A DNA stretch of 64,000 nt from the human T2T-CHM13v2.0 reference genome, Homo sapiens: assembly GCF_009914755.1 (NCBI RefSeq), contig NC_060931.1; one strand, written 5' to 3'. The notes under the pieces are model-generated. The model was not told the origin of the DNA. It worked only from the letters and a program-made list of their open reading frames with translations, and ran no database searches. This document shows, piece after piece, positions 57,265 to 64,000 of the stretch (within the stretch, counting starts at the first letter, position 1; every line of letters starts with the position of its first letter). Both the position numbers and the translations under genes were made by a program.

Positions 57265-58195
57265 ATGGGTCAGGAAAATAAAAACCAGACATGGGTGAGT
57301 GAGTTCATTCTGCTGGGGATTTCCAGTGATTGGGGCATTCAGGTATCCCTCTTCGCCCTGATCCTGGCCATGTATTTGGTGACTATTTTAGGAAACACCC
57401 TCATTCTTCTTCTGATCAGACTGGACAACAGGCTTCATACCCCCATGTACTTCTCCCTTAGTGTTCTGTCATTTGTGGACTTTTGTTATACAAAGAGTAT
57501 TGTCCCACAAATGCTGTCCCACTTGCTCTCAGCCCGAAAGTCCATCCCATTCTACAGTTGTGTGCTCCAGCTCTATGTTTCTCTGGCATTGTGTGGGTCT
57601 GAGTTCTTCCTGCTGGGGGCCATGGCCTATGACCGCTACGTGGCCGTGTGCCACCCACTGCACTACACGGTCATCATGCATGGAGGGCTGTGCCTGGGGC
57701 TGGCGGCCAGCCGCCTGGTGGCTGGCTTCTCAAATTCCCTGATGGAAACAATTATCACCTTCCAGCTTCCTGTGTCACGGTGTTATCAATCACTTTGTCT
57801 GTGAGACCTTAGCAGTGCTACAGCTAGCCTGTGTGGATGTCCCCTTCAACAAGGTCATGGTGGCCATCTCAGGGTTTCTGGTGATCTTGCTTCCCTGTTC
57901 CCTGGTTCTATTCTCCTATGCTTGCATAGTTGCCACCATTTTGCGCATTCGTTCTACCCAGGTACGCTGCAAAGCCTTTGGGACCTGTGCCTCTCACCTC
58001 ATTGTGGTTTGCATGTGCTTTGGGGCTACCATCTGCACCTACCTGGGGCCACAGTTGGCCTCCTCAGCAGAGGAAGAGAAGATGATTGCTCTCTTCTATG
58101 GAGTGGTGTCACCCATGTTGAACCCCTTGATCTACAGCTTGAGGAATAAGGAAGTTACGGCTGCTGTCCGGAAAGTTTTAGAAAGATGCAGATAA
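57265..58195 (+). pseudogene. OR2Q1P: Olfactory receptor pseudogene, family 2, single frameshift near 57770
   Basis: Two consecutive OR-like ORFs (57265-57804: LHTPMYF, MAYDRYVAVCHPLHY; 57815-58195: KAFGTCASHL, PMLNPLIYSLRNKEV). The span of 931 nt is 3n+1. Adding 2 nt in CTTCC^TGTGTCAC restores LPxCHGVINHFVCE. The name comes from its position next to OR2F1. Confidence 0.88.
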
Positions 58196-58933
58196 AGGGT
58201 CAAGACTCTAAGAACCTCTTGTTATCTATCATCAAAACCAAAAAGGAGATAAGATAATTGTAGACAGGACTCCCACACTTACACTAAAAGAAGACTATTA
58301 CGGTCAAATCCTTGCATTTGAACCAAGTGTTCCTCCAAATGCTTAATTTGTTTTATATAGGCCAATATCTGAAGATATACATGTTAGGGATCGATAATAT
58401 GGCTTCTTTGTAGACATCTTCTCTCAGATATCCAGTGACTTGGGGGCTTCACCTGCCCACTTTTGGTTTTATCAGTTTGTCAGTGCATAAAGGAATGGTC
58501 CCCATTATCAAGCAGACCTGACTCCTGATCCTTGTTCTGTCTCTCACTGCCTGTGCTCTCTGGCAAGTTATTTCAATAATATATGCCTTAGTTTTCTTTT
58601 TTGTTAGATAAGAAAATTGTACCTAGCTTCCCGAATGGAAGCCACTTTTAATGGGAATAATTTCCTCATGAAACAAACATAAGGATATGCCACACTTATT
58701 AATAAACACTTATTAATGCATTTATTTCAGTACAGTCAGATTGTGAGAGGCAGAAAATATTGAGAAATCATGGTTTAAATAAAATAGACATTAATTTAGA
58801 TTTAGGCAAGGTAAGCCTGCCTAACTTAAAGTTATAGGAATTGAGGCTTCTTCTGTTTCTAATGCACTATTCTAGGCATATAACTTCTACCTCATAGTTC
58901 AAGAAATGGCTTGAATTTCAGCCAACACATTCA

Positions 58934-59314
<381 letters not shown>

Positions 59315-60016
59315 TTAAAAAACTCACACAAAAAAAATTGTTGCACAAATTCTGCTGGCAAAGTTAAACTTAGTTACTTGGCCACATACATACTCAAAGG
59401 TGATAAGTGTTACTGTTAGTAATCATGTGCCTAAAACACAATCAGAGCTTCTGATATTAAGAAGGAAGAGGAGAATAAATGTTGATAGATCTAATAATTT
59501 GTGACCATAGTACTTGCAAGAAAATTAAACACATCAGGTCAATGAAAGACGAGGTGATAGGACAGCAGAATGAGATACAAAAGGAGCTAAGGATTCCAGG
59601 TAAAGTAGGGACACACACACACACACACAAACTATTTCAGATTTTAAAAGGACATTAAAGCAGTAAACAGCAAAAATTAATAATATAGAAAAGTTAATCT
59701 GTTGTTTGGAATCCAAAAGAAGATAACTGATACAGACAAAAAAGAAACAACATATGGATAATTAGTATTTCTGATGAAAAGACTGAATAAAAATATTTTT
59801 TACGTTTAACTATAATTTATAAAAATGTCATTTAAATAAAGGAAGAATTTGTTATTTAGATGAAAGAGCCTTGCCATGTACCTGAAAATTAAAGAAAAGT
59901 AAAAGTATTTATGGATATATTGGTAAAAATGACTGAATTTCAAGTATAATGAAAGGATAATAAAGATTCAGAAAACAAACAAAACAGAAAAGTCACTTAG
60001 AAAAATGTTAAGCAAG

Positions 60017-60673
60017 TGCATTAATTTTCTAGTGCTGTGTAACAAATTGTAATAAATTTATAAGTTTAAAAGAACACAAATTTTTTATCTTAACATTCCT
60101 GCTGGTGAGAAGCATAGCCAAGTTCTGAACTCAGGGTCTCACAAGGCTCAAATCAAGGTATCAGCTGGGGTTGTGATCTCATCTGGGACTCAGAGTCCTC
60201 TCTCAAACTCACCAGTCATTGGAAGAATTCATTTTCTTGCATGTGTGTGACTGAGGTACCCATTATCTTGTTTGTTGCTGGCTGGTGGCTCCTCTAAGCT
60301 CCTGGAGGCCACCCTCAAGTCCTTAACCCATGGCCCACTCCTCTCACGACATGGCAGCTTGCTTCGTCAAGAATGACAGGAGAATCTCTATTGTGTCAAA
60401 TCTCTCTGATGGCTAAGAAAGTCTGGACACTTTTGAAGTTCTCACCTGATTAGGTCAGGCTCACTCAGGATAATCTCCCTTTTGTGTAAATCCAATTCAG
60501 CTGATTAATTACATCTTCGAATTCTGTTTTTCCATGTAGTGTAACATTATCACAGGGGTGAAATCCCATCATATGTCACAAGTCCTGCTCATATTGAAGG
60601 GGAGAGTATTGTACAGGACATGTACACCAAGAAGTGAGACTCTTGCGGGCCAGGTTGGAATTCAGCCTATGAC
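60017..60673 (-). mobile_element. MLT1E/F-like MaLR LTR
   Basis: tgcattaattttct...gctgtgtaacaaatt...tctcacaaggct...gattaggtcaggc...gaattcagcctatgaca. Confidence 0.75.
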
Positions 60674-60859
60674 AGCTAGAATCGGTCTTTGAAATATTAG
60701 ATGACAGGGACAATAACATCTTTCTATAGAATCCTGAGTGAACATATTGTTAAATAAAAGTTGCATACCTAGTTAAGCCATCATTCATTTTTAAAGGCTA
60801 TAGATATATACAATTCCATATGCAAAAGTTCAATAAAATTATTACCCATATACCCTTCA

Positions 60860-64000
<3,141 letters not shown>

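Overview
AT-rich, repeat-dense primate genomic DNA that I recognise as the human 7q35 olfactory receptor (OR) cluster. It holds two intact single-coding-exon class II OR genes, OR2F2 (11583-12536) and OR2F1 (36325-37278). It also holds the frameshifted OR pseudogene OR2Q1P (57265-58195) and an intronless, disabled retrocopy of the monocarboxylate transporter SLC16A1/MCT1 (from about 61300 to past the window end). OR2F2 and OR2F1 lie in an old tandem duplication (about 885-14875 vs about 26470-39325) whose flanks are much more diverged than the central coding region, which suggests gene conversion. The rest is L1, Alu, MaLR/ERVL LTRs, DNA transposons and microsatellites. I see no new protein-coding or defence-type system. 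The most unusual signals are structural. (1) Several locally templated insertions, two of which hit nearly the same homologous position independently in the two paralogous units. (2) A 750-bp orphan retro-insert with target-site duplications (TSDs) inside an L1. (3) Non-canonical L1 insertions. (4) Candidate homeodomain/O-E promoter modules and 5' non-coding exons, including an apparently intact set in front of the OR2Q1P pseudogene. Repeat subfamily names and boundaries were assigned by eye and are approximate.
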